From the NCBI GenBank assembly GCA_000092065.1, contig CP000581.1: DNA of 64,000 nucleotides. One strand, 5' to 3'. The notes beneath the pieces were generated by a model. It did no database searches. It was not told the DNA's origin and saw nothing but the letters and a program-made list of their open reading frames with translations. Made by a program: the position numbers and the translations under genes. The stretch is from Ostreococcus lucimarinus. Taxonomy: Eukaryota. Of the stretch, positions 63,869 through 64,000 are shown piece by piece (the first letter of the stretch is position 1; each line of letters opens with the position of its first letter).

Positions 63869-64000
63869 CGTCGAACGACGCGCACCTCGTTCGTCACCGC
63901 GCCCCGTTCGAGGCGCGTCGTCACGACGTCGCCTCGCGCGTCGTCTCCGGCGCGTCGCCGTTCCACCTCGCCCACCGTTGAAAATTATACGCCTGCACGT

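Overview
This window is a eukaryotic chromosome end that is GC-rich (about 65%), gene-dense and almost free of introns. It opens with 23 perfect CCCTAAA telomere repeats at 1-161, followed by a short degenerate subtelomere. Genes then sit almost back to back, with convergent genes as little as 36 bp apart and head-to-head gene starts 60-400 bp apart.

Confident calls, from motifs read directly in the translations:
- 6-phosphofructo-2-kinase/fructose-2,6-bisphosphatase
- a single-domain 6TM voltage-gated channel
- a Nudix hydrolase
- an NHX-type Na+/H+ exchanger
- malic enzyme
- the ribonucleotide reductase large subunit
- the PAN2 deadenylase
- a DHAR-like glutathione transferase
- a CbbY-like HAD phosphatase
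- a phytanoyl-CoA dioxygenase
- dymeclin
- a plastid-type HSP90 (HSP90C)
- a UBAC2-like rhomboid/UBA protein
- D-2-hydroxyglutarate/D-lactate dehydrogenase
- an inositol polyphosphate kinase
- a TPR-DnaJ protein
- a lumenal-type FKBP
- methionine aminopeptidases 2 and 1
- a NDUFAF7/MidA-like methyltransferase
- an ACAD10/11-like APH-acyl-CoA dehydrogenase fusion.

Only three spliceosomal introns could be placed by homology: in the RNR large subunit, HSP90C and MetAP2. Their donors are GTGCGT, GTGCGC and GTACGT.

The most striking feature is the first thing inside the telomere. Two large (about 0.8-0.9 kaa), divergent-looking but clearly paralogous membrane-anchored proteins are arranged head to head around a roughly 175-bp TATA-containing bidirectional promoter. 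Both share a PWPKKLG core motif, and I do not recognise the family.

The plastid-type HSP90, the CbbY and lumenal FKBP genes, the TTTAGGG-type telomere and the compact intron-poor high-GC architecture are consistent with a picoeukaryotic green alga of the Micromonas/Mamiellophyceae kind. That is an inference, not a database result.

I recognised no rRNA, tRNA, CRISPR array or transposon. Many long antisense or low-complexity ORFs in the supplied ORF track are artefacts of the high GC content and were rejected.
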